Shown one piece after another: positions 39,301 through 48,394 of a stretch of 64,000 bases of DNA. Position numbers and translations under genes: made by a program. How positions within the stretch are numbered: the first letter of the stretch is position 1; each line of letters starts with the position of its first letter. Origin of the DNA: a virus (taxonomy: Duplodnaviria; Caudoviricetes); the IMG/VR virus record IMGVR_UViG_3300014205_000014, positions 1-64,000 of that record; one strand, 5' to 3'. A model generated the notes under the pieces. The model was not told the DNA's origin. It made no database searches and saw nothing but the letters and a program-made list of their open reading frames with translations.

Positions 39301-39904
39301 CAGTGATTTTATATTTAATGACCTTGCGTGTAATTCCTGCACCGAGATCATAACTAATCCAACCCGTAGTGGTGCTTACAGGTGTTTGCCACTGATTAAC
39401 CCCCGTTCCATCAAATGCCCCATCCGGTGGGTAACTGGAATTGCCAATGGTGTAATAACTACTCGCAGCAGCAACGCCGTTACGAGCCACTTCACCACCA
39501 TAGAAGGTTTGCGAACTGATACTCAGAAGTGATGCATAGGAAAGCGTTGGTGTAGCATAGTAAATTCCATCTGCCGCTGCCGCTAAGTAATACGGGGTAG
39601 TGGATACTTTGAACATTGACAGCGATGATCCCGCCGTTTTGTTGCCCGGTGATGTACTGGACGCATCCGACGAGATACCTGTTGCAATAAGTATAGCCCT
39701 GCCCGTGTCCCCCTGCCAATGCCACAGGTTTACACCATCAATCAACGCGCCAAAATCAGGTAATTGGCCTTGATTAGTATCGCACCATACGCTCCAAACA
39801 GGGTTGAACTGCTTGGCAATCACTTTGAACGCGCGGTTGGTTTTTAGTGCGGCGACTTCTGTGTATTGCGACGATCCCAACCCCGACTCAGTCTGAGAAA
39901 TCAT
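36290..39904 (-). CDS. Large tail/baseplate protein with F5/8 type C (discoidin) and lectin-like domains
   Basis: GAFDG...W...WISYDLG...YKI...PKNWTFEGSNN..WTTLD...YRYYRL discoidin signature; hub-like C-terminus. Confidence 0.75.
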   Translation of the reverse strand: MISQTESGLGSSQYTEVAALKTNRAFKVIAKQFNPVWSVWCDTNQGQLPDFGALIDGVNLWHWQGDTGRAILIATGISSDASSTSPGNKTAGSSLSMFKVSTTPYYLAAAADGIYYATPTLSYASLLSISSQTFYGGEVARNGVAAASSYYTIGNSSYPPDGAFDGTGVNQWQTPVSTTTGWISYDLGAGITRKVIKYKITAPGTTAPKNWTFEGSNNNSSWTTLDTRTNSTGWASPETRTFTFSNTTGYRYYRLNVSANDGGTQLFINALQMFETSTDASIIAVAGVDTRCHYIYADAATRTFNLRVHAGLPGTSTSSDIWLTDRPRSIQAATDGTYDYVLVETEFPGRTTAVLEGTDLKHKRLKAQGLLCFKYNISEKSWAKHSLVDSVEEYDSTWNYVKNSQISYINSTLFVTAVVGSGTKDNPISSTRVYQSKNGIDWSLPSALYLGASQGSEGVKLLQSGDYVYAVQGRYIFRSYVTDMFGATATAVQSDITAYVDQLSINQSDMSQVMMSLDNSSGWLDAHAFINNTSTAKFDIYLGAYIADGTKQVYPFTSVYMDTFEKSDAVNGNSVEYMVDVSCRDNLSWMTDWAIAEDAHIPEVYEIGADNYNNTTDSVYGGLGHVATLYGEFQTADGYLVVPQRNNSNVTYGQTTLIDYLWNGSIQVGMLFPSMSAAYAGIIFRGKSDNSVHRFWTWYYDQGDDKVHLSYHDNWGSNVAYGGQTLIYSSSAKSWTGITSSNRYLRVEMWYGQFFLYSSSDGIAWTLDTTYKPDYSLKQEPGRTSYDATVRPYDYMESGYVGVMASPSYSGSALNPAGGVYFSSLSVNNFGRPMTVERGIKLFTNYANINTWSFDDLYTGGTSNWTLGSGVTVGAGPAFTADASPTGWRNAIQTGAEIPSNHVIEFGITGYGWGVLTRGDGTNHWLVGLDASGHPTIEKWNGSAYTQVASRPSTYSNTAAYKVQMSFQEIRYGKDTNLWNAVSLWINEKLAITYIEKATSLLNTTVHIGFAVRHSTTKTFSSVRVPELCDMAEAITIDQGESAMSALQRAIEGRYLRLFSRYNGAIRVYRPKQISSSFTITTAENHKYNFDKNTIKTYIRMVGAYEYSEYHRTDLTAKYGWLFKETQNPYLMSEYECQREAVQELKRLEEGAINDRGSTSFQHFMEVGDRVTFFGNDRKVQSLTIQLTPVQLVMDLTTKGYVYG

Positions 39905-40254
39905 TGATGCACCTTGTCTATAGCAACCGCTACTTCCGGCACTTGGAACTTGGGGCCAACATCCCCATCCAACACCACGTACTCAGTCACAACCCCACCG
40001 TTGGCTTTCCACGTAAACTGATACCCCGTAACCTGCCCATTAAAGGAATTGCCACCGTATTCAAAAGTTACGGCAGTTCCAATGGGAAAGTAGCCCTGTT
40101 CGCTGATACGGGATAGCTGAACACAGTTTTGCTCACTTTGGAGTAAATTGCCTCCAATGGTGAGGTTAATAACAGAAGGGGTGCATGTGCCAAATCGTCC
40201 CTGTTGTGCAGGTATAACGATAGCGGTTAAGAGTATGAATAGAAGTTTAAACAT
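39901..40254 (-). CDS. Secreted accessory protein inserted in the tail module
   Basis: Signal-peptide-like N-terminus; own SD (GGAGG) and operator at 40275. Confidence 0.65.
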   Translation of the reverse strand: MFKLLFILLTAIVIPAQQGRFGTCTPSVINLTIGGNLLQSEQNCVQLSRISEQGYFPIGTAVTFEYGGNSFNGQVTGYQFTWKANGGVVTEYVVLDGDVGPKFQVPEVAVAIDKVHQ

Positions 40255-40290
40255 CGGTTTTCCTCCCTGAAATACATAGTCGGTTCTGTG

Positions 40291-40737
40291 TCACGGCACA
40301 CTGAAATTATCCGTTAGAAAAATCTCGTAATCGTATCGGATGATTGACGGAGTATACGGTTTCCCTGATGAAACAATTTGCAAGAACATATTCTTAATGT
40401 CACTCGTATGGGCGGCTCCATCAGCGGCATGATCGAGAGGACAGAATTTGACCATCTCCCCGTTCATGGCACGGATGAAGGACAATCGCTGTGCTAAGGT
40501 TTCGGTATCGGTTGCCGCCACCTTAATGGTCATCCGATAATCCAAATACTTGATAGTAGACCCGCCACTGACAAGCCGATGGGCTTGCAAGTGTCCGTCG
40601 AGTGATGTTTTCAACCCCACAATCACACGCGGCATCTCCATATAATCAGGGTAAACCACACTCCACTTATACAGTGGTGCGAGTTCCGGTGATCCAGTGA
40701 GGGTAAGCCCTAAATGAATATGATTCTGTAAAGCCAT
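40291..40737 (-). CDS. Distal tail-like protein
   Basis: Immediately downstream of the tape measure; size fits. Confidence 0.55.
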   Translation of the reverse strand: MALQNHIHLGLTLTGSPELAPLYKWSVVYPDYMEMPRVIVGLKTSLDGHLQAHRLVSGGSTIKYLDYRMTIKVAATDTETLAQRLSFIRAMNGEMVKFCPLDHAADGAAHTSDIKNMFLQIVSSGKPYTPSIIRYDYEIFLTDNFSVP

Positions 40738-40744
40738 TCTTACC

Positions 40745-43700
40745 TCAATGTGTCTTGGCTAAAGCAGCCTGATATTGGCTGTTGCGCTGAATATTAGCAT
40801 CGTTGGCGTAGATAGTAGTTTGACCGGATGTTCGCGCTAGGATTTGACGTAACACCGCAATCACTTCAGCGAGTAGGGTGTCCTGATTGCCATTGCTTCC
40901 ACCACGCAGCACCAACGCGCCACCTTCAGGAACCACATATTCGTTATAATGGACGACACCTGCTACGGTATTGGGATCACCCACACCTGTAGAACCGCCT
41001 TCCTTGTACCCCGCATTCGGATTGGCGTGTTTTATGGTTGGGGCAGGGGTAGTCGGTTTCGCGGCAGGTTTGGAAGGCGTAACGGCATTCACATAACTGG
41101 AATAGGCAGTCCCGTTTCCTACGTTGACATTGGTGAACCCCTCGCGGTCTTGCTCTTCGCGCCCGATGGTTTTGAGTTGTTCACTGACCGCAATCAGTTG
41201 GAGTTGTGCTTGTCGTCCGGCCTCTGCCAACTCGGTAGCGGTCTTATAGTCTAACTCGTCATTTTGGCGGGTAAGCAACCGCTGTTGATCTTGCAGCGCC
41301 CATTCCTGAGTCATCCATTCTTTAGACTTATCGTATGCCTCTTTTTGCAGCGCCATTGTCTCGTCATGGTGGCGCTTGTTCATGTTCATTTCTTCTTGCG
41401 CCAACGCCTTATTCTGCTCAAAGTAGGTTTTCTTGCGGTCAAATTCCTCTTTATTCCACTGCGTTTCAGTCTTGAACCGTGATTCCTCATCCCCCTGCTG
41501 GGTTTCATCCATCGAGTGGCTAATCGCTGAGCGTTCCTGCTGGCGCATCAAATCGACCCGCTGCCGACCTCGCGCAAAACGAATATTACGATCATAATCT
41601 TCCTGCTGCCAACCGTAGGAGAGTTCCATGCGGTTGCGGCTCATTGCCATATCTTCCGACTGCCAACTCTCCTGTGTCACCTGCTGCCCACGTCCAATGT
41701 CCATATTCTGCGATTGGTAGGCGGACTGCATATTAAACTGCTGTTGGTTCATAGCAAAGGATTCGTTCCACTGCCGGTTGGACAGGTCACGATTTGCCCC
41801 TTGCTGTCCAATACCATACTGCTGTTGTTGGCGCGAGAGTGCGACCTGTGCATCTTGCACCTGCCACATACCCATGCCATTTCCGGTTTGCAGGTTCATG
41901 CCCTGTGCTTGGAACAGTGCGGATAGTCCCTGAAGCCCATCTCCGCCAAGGGCAAACCCTTGAGCGCCTACACCTGTAGAACCGCCTGCCATCGTCTGAT
42001 AACTAATATTCCGCGCCGAAGTCGCCATACCGTATTGGTAGGTGTCCAACCCGCGACTGGTTGCAAGAGAACTGTCTTGCAAACTGCGCTTTTCTTTTTC
42101 AAAAACACCCAACCCTGTTTCGGGGTCAATCGTCTTATAGCGCTCATCCCCTAACAGTTGCCAGTTTTGGGACAGTGCCATCCGATCCCCTGTCCCCACC
42201 AACGCCGCTAGGCGCTGAGAATCAGGGTCAAGGTCGGCAAACTTCTTCGCTGCCGCTGCAAGGGCGGGAGAGTTATTGCCGTAGTCCATACCGCGATTAT
42301 AAAATTCACTAGCAACTTTCCAACCCTCTTGCTGTTGAAAATATTTAGTAGGGTCGATTTTTGCTCCCGGTTGTCCGTATCCCGCTTCTTCACCCATCGG
42401 TTGGACGACATTGGTAAAAAAGGAGGGGGAGGTTAATGCGTAATTACCGGATGCAATTCCCCAAGAACCTGTAGCATCCACCATAGCGGGGTTCTGTTTG
42501 TACATATCGCTCTGAAAATTCAGCGCATTAAAATCAGACAAACCGGCTCTACGTCGAGCCGCGTTTCCATTTGCAAAGTTCTGTGCTGTATTGTATACGC
42601 CCTCGGATGCGAGTTCTTTATTTGACCCTTCGGGAAGGTTTAATAACCAACGTGACACATCTCCGTTGGCTAAATCCATACCGCCTTGATCGGATGGACT
42701 AATCCCTAGTGAAGCCCCATATGCGCCTACAGTCTTGCCAAGATCAACCCCCGACAAGGTGAGTGATTGCCAGTCTATCGCTTGCTGTCCAGTGGGGGGT
42801 GTGTTTGGATTATAGCGCTGCCAATAAGATAAGAAGTCCTGCGCCTGCCCTCGATTCATTCCCAATTTAGTAGCTTGTCCAAAAAACTGTTCCTGCCCTG
42901 CCACCAACCCTTCCCCAAGGGTATAACCAGTCCCCTCAAGTTGTGTAGCAAATTGACTGCGGGTTAATCCGCCTTGCGAATATTGCTTAGATAAATCGTA
43001 ATATTTCCCCGCATTCTCGTAACGCTGACTTTCTTCAGGACTAAGTGTTCCTAATTCATTGCGCCACCATGCGGTGTAATCCCCAACAACTCCTTCAACA
43101 TTATTAAATAAAGCGTTAATGTCGTAATTTCCACTACGGCGCTGCGATTCTGTATTAACTTGCTGCTGCCCGATTGCCATCATATTCTGACTGGCGTTAT
43201 TGGCATAATTTATACCGCCAACAATGGCTGTTGCACCCCCCACCAATAATCCAGCGGGACCGCCCAACCCCACCATGCCGCCAATTGCACCACCGAGCAT
43301 CCCCGCACCAATTGCGGGTGAACCAATCCCGATAGCCGCGCCAAGAACACCATTTGCCGCATCCCCACCTAGTGCTGCATTAGCAATGCCGCCGTAGGCA
43401 TTGTAAACCTGCTGTCCTAAGTTATAAGACCATTCCTCCCCCGCGATTTGCCGCCGTTTGATGTCGCCGTACTGTCCCCCCATCAGGTCGCCGTAATTCA
43501 TGATCCCTGATTGCAACATGCCCAAATCCTGCGTAGCGGTTTGGTTCATGTACTCATTCATCTCGTTCATCATCGGTTTGATAAAGATCGAGTTGGCTTG
43601 CCGCATACGGAATAAAGGCAGTCCCTTAATATCCGCGCCCCCTATTGCCTCCCCAACTTGTCCACCAAGATTGAGCAGGGCATTTCCCGCACGTTGCCCC

Positions 43701-44608
43701 ATCCCTGAAATCCAACTCCCCCATCCACCCCCGCCTGTTTCTCCTCCGCCTCCACCAAAACCACCACCGCCTCCGAATCCCCCCATATCTCCCGCGCCGC
43801 CATCGAACCCACCACCTGATCCGCCACGCATCGCACTGACATTACGAGTCACTTGATCGGCGGAATCCTTTAATGCGGGGGTAAATTCTTCTTTAAGTTT
43901 TTTGCTAATCGAGCTAATGGCTTCGGTTGCTTCCCCCACTGCATCCTTATTACTTCCGACTCCACCGGTATTCCCCATCGCACTCCACATTTGTTGTTGG
44001 ATATTCGGTGGGAAACGAGAAATGTCAAATGTGTCTCCACCGAATGAAACGGGTATTTCTCCCATCACCGGAGCAAAACTAGACGGGATTCCTTCAAATG
44101 TTCTACCCCCGCCTCCGCCTGAGCCTTGAGGGAAACTCATTCGTGGAGCGCCCATCGCATTTTGAAGCGCGGCTTGCTGTTGTGCGGAAAAACTTGGGCT
44201 GTTGGCATTCCCCTGTGTGTCATAACCAGTATTCCACTGCCCACCAGCAGAGAGTTGCGGGAAACTATTAACCCCGTTCCCCATCGGCGCACCGGGAGAA
44301 GACCAGCCATACTGCATAGGGTCATAGGATGACATACCCCTAAATTGCATTCCGTCAATTTGAGTAAACAATTGTTCGGCTTGCTGCATCCGGCGTGGAT
44401 CAGCTAAAATGGACGTGCGAAAACGGTCTTGGTTGAATCCCGTGAATACATTTGAGAAGGGGTCAGAACCACCCGCCTTACTATAGAGGTCGAAGCCCAT
44501 CTGCTGCTGATAGGGTTTAAGATTGCCTTCCTGACCCAACGGCTCCCAAGCAGTATCCTGCCCACCGAAAAGCTGTTGTTGAGGCGGAAGCATATTGAAG
44601 TCAGTCAT
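40745..44608 (-). CDS. Tape measure protein
   Basis: 1287 aa after the chaperone pair; Gly/Ala-rich hydrophobic segment, long Gln/Glu coiled coil, C-terminal GG.TG......AGVVH..EYV motif. Confidence 0.8.
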   Translation of the reverse strand: MTDFNMLPPQQQLFGGQDTAWEPLGQEGNLKPYQQQMGFDLYSKAGGSDPFSNVFTGFNQDRFRTSILADPRRMQQAEQLFTQIDGMQFRGMSSYDPMQYGWSSPGAPMGNGVNSFPQLSAGGQWNTGYDTQGNANSPSFSAQQQAALQNAMGAPRMSFPQGSGGGGGRTFEGIPSSFAPVMGEIPVSFGGDTFDISRFPPNIQQQMWSAMGNTGGVGSNKDAVGEATEAISSISKKLKEEFTPALKDSADQVTRNVSAMRGGSGGGFDGGAGDMGGFGGGGGFGGGGGETGGGGWGSWISGMGQRAGNALLNLGGQVGEAIGGADIKGLPLFRMRQANSIFIKPMMNEMNEYMNQTATQDLGMLQSGIMNYGDLMGGQYGDIKRRQIAGEEWSYNLGQQVYNAYGGIANAALGGDAANGVLGAAIGIGSPAIGAGMLGGAIGGMVGLGGPAGLLVGGATAIVGGINYANNASQNMMAIGQQQVNTESQRRSGNYDINALFNNVEGVVGDYTAWWRNELGTLSPEESQRYENAGKYYDLSKQYSQGGLTRSQFATQLEGTGYTLGEGLVAGQEQFFGQATKLGMNRGQAQDFLSYWQRYNPNTPPTGQQAIDWQSLTLSGVDLGKTVGAYGASLGISPSDQGGMDLANGDVSRWLLNLPEGSNKELASEGVYNTAQNFANGNAARRRAGLSDFNALNFQSDMYKQNPAMVDATGSWGIASGNYALTSPSFFTNVVQPMGEEAGYGQPGAKIDPTKYFQQQEGWKVASEFYNRGMDYGNNSPALAAAAKKFADLDPDSQRLAALVGTGDRMALSQNWQLLGDERYKTIDPETGLGVFEKEKRSLQDSSLATSRGLDTYQYGMATSARNISYQTMAGGSTGVGAQGFALGGDGLQGLSALFQAQGMNLQTGNGMGMWQVQDAQVALSRQQQQYGIGQQGANRDLSNRQWNESFAMNQQQFNMQSAYQSQNMDIGRGQQVTQESWQSEDMAMSRNRMELSYGWQQEDYDRNIRFARGRQRVDLMRQQERSAISHSMDETQQGDEESRFKTETQWNKEEFDRKKTYFEQNKALAQEEMNMNKRHHDETMALQKEAYDKSKEWMTQEWALQDQQRLLTRQNDELDYKTATELAEAGRQAQLQLIAVSEQLKTIGREEQDREGFTNVNVGNGTAYSSYVNAVTPSKPAAKPTTPAPTIKHANPNAGYKEGGSTGVGDPNTVAGVVHYNEYVVPEGGALVLRGGSNGNQDTLLAEVIAVLRQILARTSGQTTIYANDANIQRNSQYQAALAKTH

Positions 44609-44923
44609 TTATCCCAATAACCCCTTTAGGTTGGCGGCCTTCCGCATGAGATGTTTGCGTTCACCCCGTTCTGCCGCATTCATCTCCATCAGCAGAAAGT
44701 AGGGCTGATCGGCTAGTCCGCCTGCCCAATAACCTGTGTTAAAGTTCCGCAGCATCCGTAAAATCTTGAACGGTTCCGGTTGCTCACCCTCGCTGTACCC
44801 TTTTTCTGCTGCCATAAAGTTGATGGTTTCCCGTTCATCTTCCCCTAGAGACTTGGCATATTCAATTTCAAGCCACCATTCCGTTGCCTCTTCTATTTCT
44901 CGGAGGTGGCGTTCGATTCCCCC
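44609..44923 (-). CDS. Tail assembly chaperone -1 frameshift extension (gpGT-like)
   Basis: -1 frame open from slippery GGGGGAA (44923-44917) to stop at 44609. Confidence 0.8.
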   Translation of the reverse strand, partial: GGIERHLREIEEATEWWLEIEYAKSLGEDERETINFMAAEKGYSEGEQPEPFKILRMLRNFNTGYWAGGLADQPYFLLMEMNAAERGERKHLMRKAANLKGLLG

Positions 44924-45384
44924 TCCGGTTTTCCATCTTCTGTCGTTCGGGTATCCTCTGCTTCTGCTTTTTCCTGTTCCGATGCATCACGTGGTGTTCC
45001 CCATGTGGGATTGACTTTGTACACACAATCACGGATTTCAAGCACTGTTTCACTGTCAAGTAATCCGAGTGCGAAATTGAACTCAAACTCGCTCATCGCC
45101 AATTGCCCGTTTTCAAAGGAGAAGATTTCCTTTTTCTTCTCATCGAGAAACCCTGATGCGCCTACAATCGTGGCGTAGATTTCCTTGGCATACACCCGCG
45201 CGATATTGCGGTTTTCCTCAACCACTGCCCCTTCGGGTGTCCATGTGGTTTTTCGTGTCGCATAGGCATCGCTACGAATGGTATCCTGCTCAAATGTCGC
45301 CTGACGAATAGTTACGGTGGCAATCCCATCAGGGTCGGATTTCAGTTGGAATTCCTGCACAACGGGTTTCTTCTTGATTTGCAT
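44893..45384 (-). CDS. Tail assembly chaperone (gpG-like)
   Basis: Lies between tail tube and tape measure; ends with G GGG GAA slippery site. Confidence 0.8.
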   Translation of the reverse strand: MQIKKKPVVQEFQLKSDPDGIATVTIRQATFEQDTIRSDAYATRKTTWTPEGAVVEENRNIARVYAKEIYATIVGASGFLDEKKKEIFSFENGQLAMSEFEFNFALGLLDSETVLEIRDCVYKVNPTWGTPRDASEQEKAEAEDTRTTEDGKPEGESNATSEK

Positions 45385-45426
45385 GTGCTTCTCCTTCTAT
45401 AAAGGGCGCTTTCACGCCCCTTGTTA

Positions 45427-46527
45427 CTATGTCCAAGCGTAGGATGCATTACTCGCATCGTTCTGTAGAATAAGGCGGCAGTAATCGTCACCCACAAGTG
45501 AGGTTGCGAGTTGCAAAGTAAAGGCTTGCATCACCATACCGCCTGCTGTCATGGTGGGGTTCCCATCTTTCAACCACACCGCACGACTGCCGCGTAGGGC
45601 AAAGGCGTAGGGGGTTGACCCTGCAATCATGGCAGGAGCCGAGGCTTGGAAGTTGAACCCGAACGGTGAATGGTCAATGCCCGTGCTAATCTGTGGCTCA
45701 GGCGACCATGCCGTACCTGTTGGTGAATTGGTTAGCGCTTGTAGCAAGTCAGCAGGGGTTTCCCATTTGGTCATGACCCGTAAACTCACTGATCGCGCCA
45801 ACGGTGTGAAACTATCAGGATGACGTGATCCAAAGATCATTTCCTGCTGTGGACTGGACAGGGTGTTGACCACATCCATCTGTACCGATGTCACCTTGGG
45901 GCTATTTGCGCCCATTGAGAAAATGGTATCACATGCCTGTGGGACAGTGGTATCGTCTTCAAGCGCATTGTCCCATGTTAAGGTGGGGTTTTTCTCCCAT
46001 TGCGGTACACGTCCGACAACGCCTACCCGCGCGGTCATCTTGCCTGTTGCGGTCATTCTGAACTGCATGGCATTAATCATGCAATCATAGCCGTATTGTG
46101 CCAATGTTTCAGAAGCCGTTGAACCGGGGATAACCGAACGCACTGCTAACCAAGGGATAGTATTCAGTGCGTTATATTTGAAAATATGGGTATTGACACC
46201 GCCCACGCTGGCTCCATCCATGTCTTTTCCGGTCACAGTGGATAGTTCACCCATCAGGGCATAATACAGCAATCCCATAATGCTTTCGGTACGAGGGAGC
46301 ATATCAATCGTACCGCCGAAGAATGCACCGCCCTTGTACGGGCCAGTGGGGGTTAAGAACCCGCTAATTTCCATCGGGAAATTCTGATTAAACTCAATCG
46401 CCCCTAAGTCCACTGTCGGCGCACGAAGCCGCCGCCAAGTGTACGAAGCAGGCGTAAATGTTCCACCCGCAACTTTCGCAGCTTGAGGGGCAAACCCCAC
46501 ACCCCCGCCCATACTAGAAACACTCAT
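45427..46527 (-). CDS. Major tail (tube) protein
   Basis: SD GGAAGGA before ATG 46527; position; motifs (GAFFGGTIDM, YGYDCMINAMQF, RSVSLR) typical of tube proteins. Confidence 0.75.
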   Translation of the reverse strand: MSVSSMGGGVGFAPQAAKVAGGTFTPASYTWRRLRAPTVDLGAIEFNQNFPMEISGFLTPTGPYKGGAFFGGTIDMLPRTESIMGLLYYALMGELSTVTGKDMDGASVGGVNTHIFKYNALNTIPWLAVRSVIPGSTASETLAQYGYDCMINAMQFRMTATGKMTARVGVVGRVPQWEKNPTLTWDNALEDDTTVPQACDTIFSMGANSPKVTSVQMDVVNTLSSPQQEMIFGSRHPDSFTPLARSVSLRVMTKWETPADLLQALTNSPTGTAWSPEPQISTGIDHSPFGFNFQASAPAMIAGSTPYAFALRGSRAVWLKDGNPTMTAGGMVMQAFTLQLATSLVGDDYCRLILQNDASNASYAWT

Positions 46528-46607
46528 GTCAATTCCTTCCCGCATACGAGGGTTGACATTGGCATACCCCATATGCTACAATTAATCGAAAAGGGAGAAC
46601 CGATTCT

Positions 46608-47264
46608 GTGAATACCTTCAAACCAGTATTGAACTATGAAAACGATTACGAAGTCAATGAGTGCGGTGTTGTACGCCGGATAAGAGATAAGGGGAACTCC
46701 AAAGCGGGTCATATAATGAAGCAACGTCTTGATCGCAAAGGATACCCGATAGTTTATCTCTCTAAAAACGGCAAAGATAGACATCCTCGTGTTCACAAAC
46801 TTGTAATGGAGGTGTTTGTTGCTCCGATGCCAAAGGGCTACACCGTCAATCACAAGAATGGTATTAAGACGGATAATCACCTTGGGAATTTGGAGTATAT
46901 GACCCCATCCCAAAATTCGCTTCATGCTCAACACGATCTTGAACACTATAAAGTCACTGCCAAACTCACCAACGAAAAGGTCATTGAAATACTTAGCATT
47001 TTGGCTACAGGGGTTGATTGTAGAAAAGTTGCCAAAATGTTTAGTGTATGCGACAACACTATCAATGAGATCAAGAACGGTAACACTTGGAAGTGGATAC
47101 CACGTCCCGACATGAGCAAGACCAAGAATCGCAGTAAGTTGAGCGCCCAAGACCGCACAGAAATTCGTAAACTTCTGAACCAAGGCGTTCCTCAAAAGGA
47201 TATTGCCGAAAAGTTCAGTGTTACCCAATCTCATATTAGTCATATCCTGCACAACAAACGCTAA
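46608..47264 (+). CDS. NUMOD4-HNH homing endonuclease with tandem C-terminal HTHs, antisense in the late operon
   Basis: FKPVLNYENDYEVNECG, VNHKNGIKTDNHLGNLEY. Confidence 0.9.
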   Translation: MNTFKPVLNYENDYEVNECGVVRRIRDKGNSKAGHIMKQRLDRKGYPIVYLSKNGKDRHPRVHKLVMEVFVAPMPKGYTVNHKNGIKTDNHLGNLEYMTPSQNSLHAQHDLEHYKVTAKLTNEKVIEILSILATGVDCRKVAKMFSVCDNTINEIKNGNTWKWIPRPDMSKTKNRSKLSAQDRTEIRKLLNQGVPQKDIAEKFSVTQSHISHILHNKR

Positions 47265-47269
47265 GTTCA

Positions 47270-48394
47270 CTATGCTTCCTTTACGCCCTCTAGGGCGATC
47301 TTTCTTTTAAAGTTTCCAATCTTGTTGTAGGCATTTGCCCACTGCACCCACTGCCGACTGACATCCCACTCGCCTTTGACCCACACCCGCTTGTAGGCGG
47401 CTTTTTGGAGGCGGAAGCGCATCTCTTTGTCAACCAGCAACTTGTCCAGCGCTTCAAACCATGCTTCCGGTGTGTGCTCCACCAACAACCCATCAACGCC
47501 GTTTCGGATAGTCAGTCGATAGACAGGGTTATCAGTCGCAACCACCGCCGCACCACAGAGTTGGTTCTGCACTTTTCGCACTGCACCTTGCCCCTCGGTT
47601 GCCTTCACAGGGGACTTCCCCATGTTGAACAAATCGGTAGGGTCTACAGGTGCAAGTACAATATCGGACTGCCGAACCATTGAGGCATAGGTGATATAGT
47701 CTCTGCCTTCCTCGTACAGTACCCCATCAATCCCTTTTAGATAGTCGGGGTGATACCCACAAATGGCTAACATCGCCTGTGGGTGCTTTTGGAGCAGGGG
47801 AGGGAGCACATTCTCTAACACTTTCCAATCCTGCTCATGCGTCGATGAACCAGATAACCAGATCATCACGGTATCTTCGGGCAGGGGGCGGTTCACTTCT
47901 CCATAGCGCCATATTTCAGGTGCAAGGAAGTTCGGTAGCACAAAAACAGGCTTGTTAAACCGCTTTCGCATGGTATCTGCCAAGTATGGCGTGGTCACAG
48001 TAATGGCATCGCATTTGGATGCAATAGCCGACATGCTTCCTTCGATGACGGTGCGGTATTCATTGGTAAAGTCATCATCTACTTCGTAGACGGTCTTAAT
48101 TCCATAGAACCGTGCGGCATCAAAAAAACTATCGACAAACCCCGCAGCTTCTTGCTCGTCAATCCGTGTGCGCGGGAGGACGATCATATCCAACTGACTG
48201 AACAGTTGGTGCACCGCTTCACCACCACGTCCCTGCTGTGCTGCTACAAACCACTCCTTGAACACGGAGCGCATATTATCCCATCCAACTTGCCATCCGC
48301 GTTTTTGCAACTCATGGAAAGGTTGGATGACCCTGTAAATTTCACAGGCTCCGGGTTGCTGCTTGTCTTCCGCATGAAGCGCCATTACACGCAT
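47270..48394 (-). CDS. GT-B fold glycosyltransferase within the head-tail module
   Basis: YRVIQPF, YEVDDD, DAITVTTPYL, VLPN, DIVLAP...FNMGKSPVKATE; SD GGAG before ATG 48394. Confidence 0.8.
   Translation of the reverse strand: MRVMALHAEDKQQPGACEIYRVIQPFHELQKRGWQVGWDNMRSVFKEWFVAAQQGRGGEAVHQLFSQLDMIVLPRTRIDEQEAAGFVDSFFDAARFYGIKTVYEVDDDFTNEYRTVIEGSMSAIASKCDAITVTTPYLADTMRKRFNKPVFVLPNFLAPEIWRYGEVNRPLPEDTVMIWLSGSSTHEQDWKVLENVLPPLLQKHPQAMLAICGYHPDYLKGIDGVLYEEGRDYITYASMVRQSDIVLAPVDPTDLFNMGKSPVKATEGQGAVRKVQNQLCGAAVVATDNPVYRLTIRNGVDGLLVEHTPEAWFEALDKLLVDKEMRFRLQKAAYKRVWVKGEWDVSRQWVQWANAYNKIGNFKRKIALEGVKEA

Noticed and set aside
43690-43830. Gly-rich GGN run in the tape measure gene as a DNA tandem repeat element
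   Set aside because: It is a protein-level low-complexity Gly tract with varied codons, not a discrete repeat unit.
46530-46600. Displaced 3' end of the glycosyltransferase after the antisense HNH
   Set aside because: No frame gives a convincing match to the GT C-terminus.
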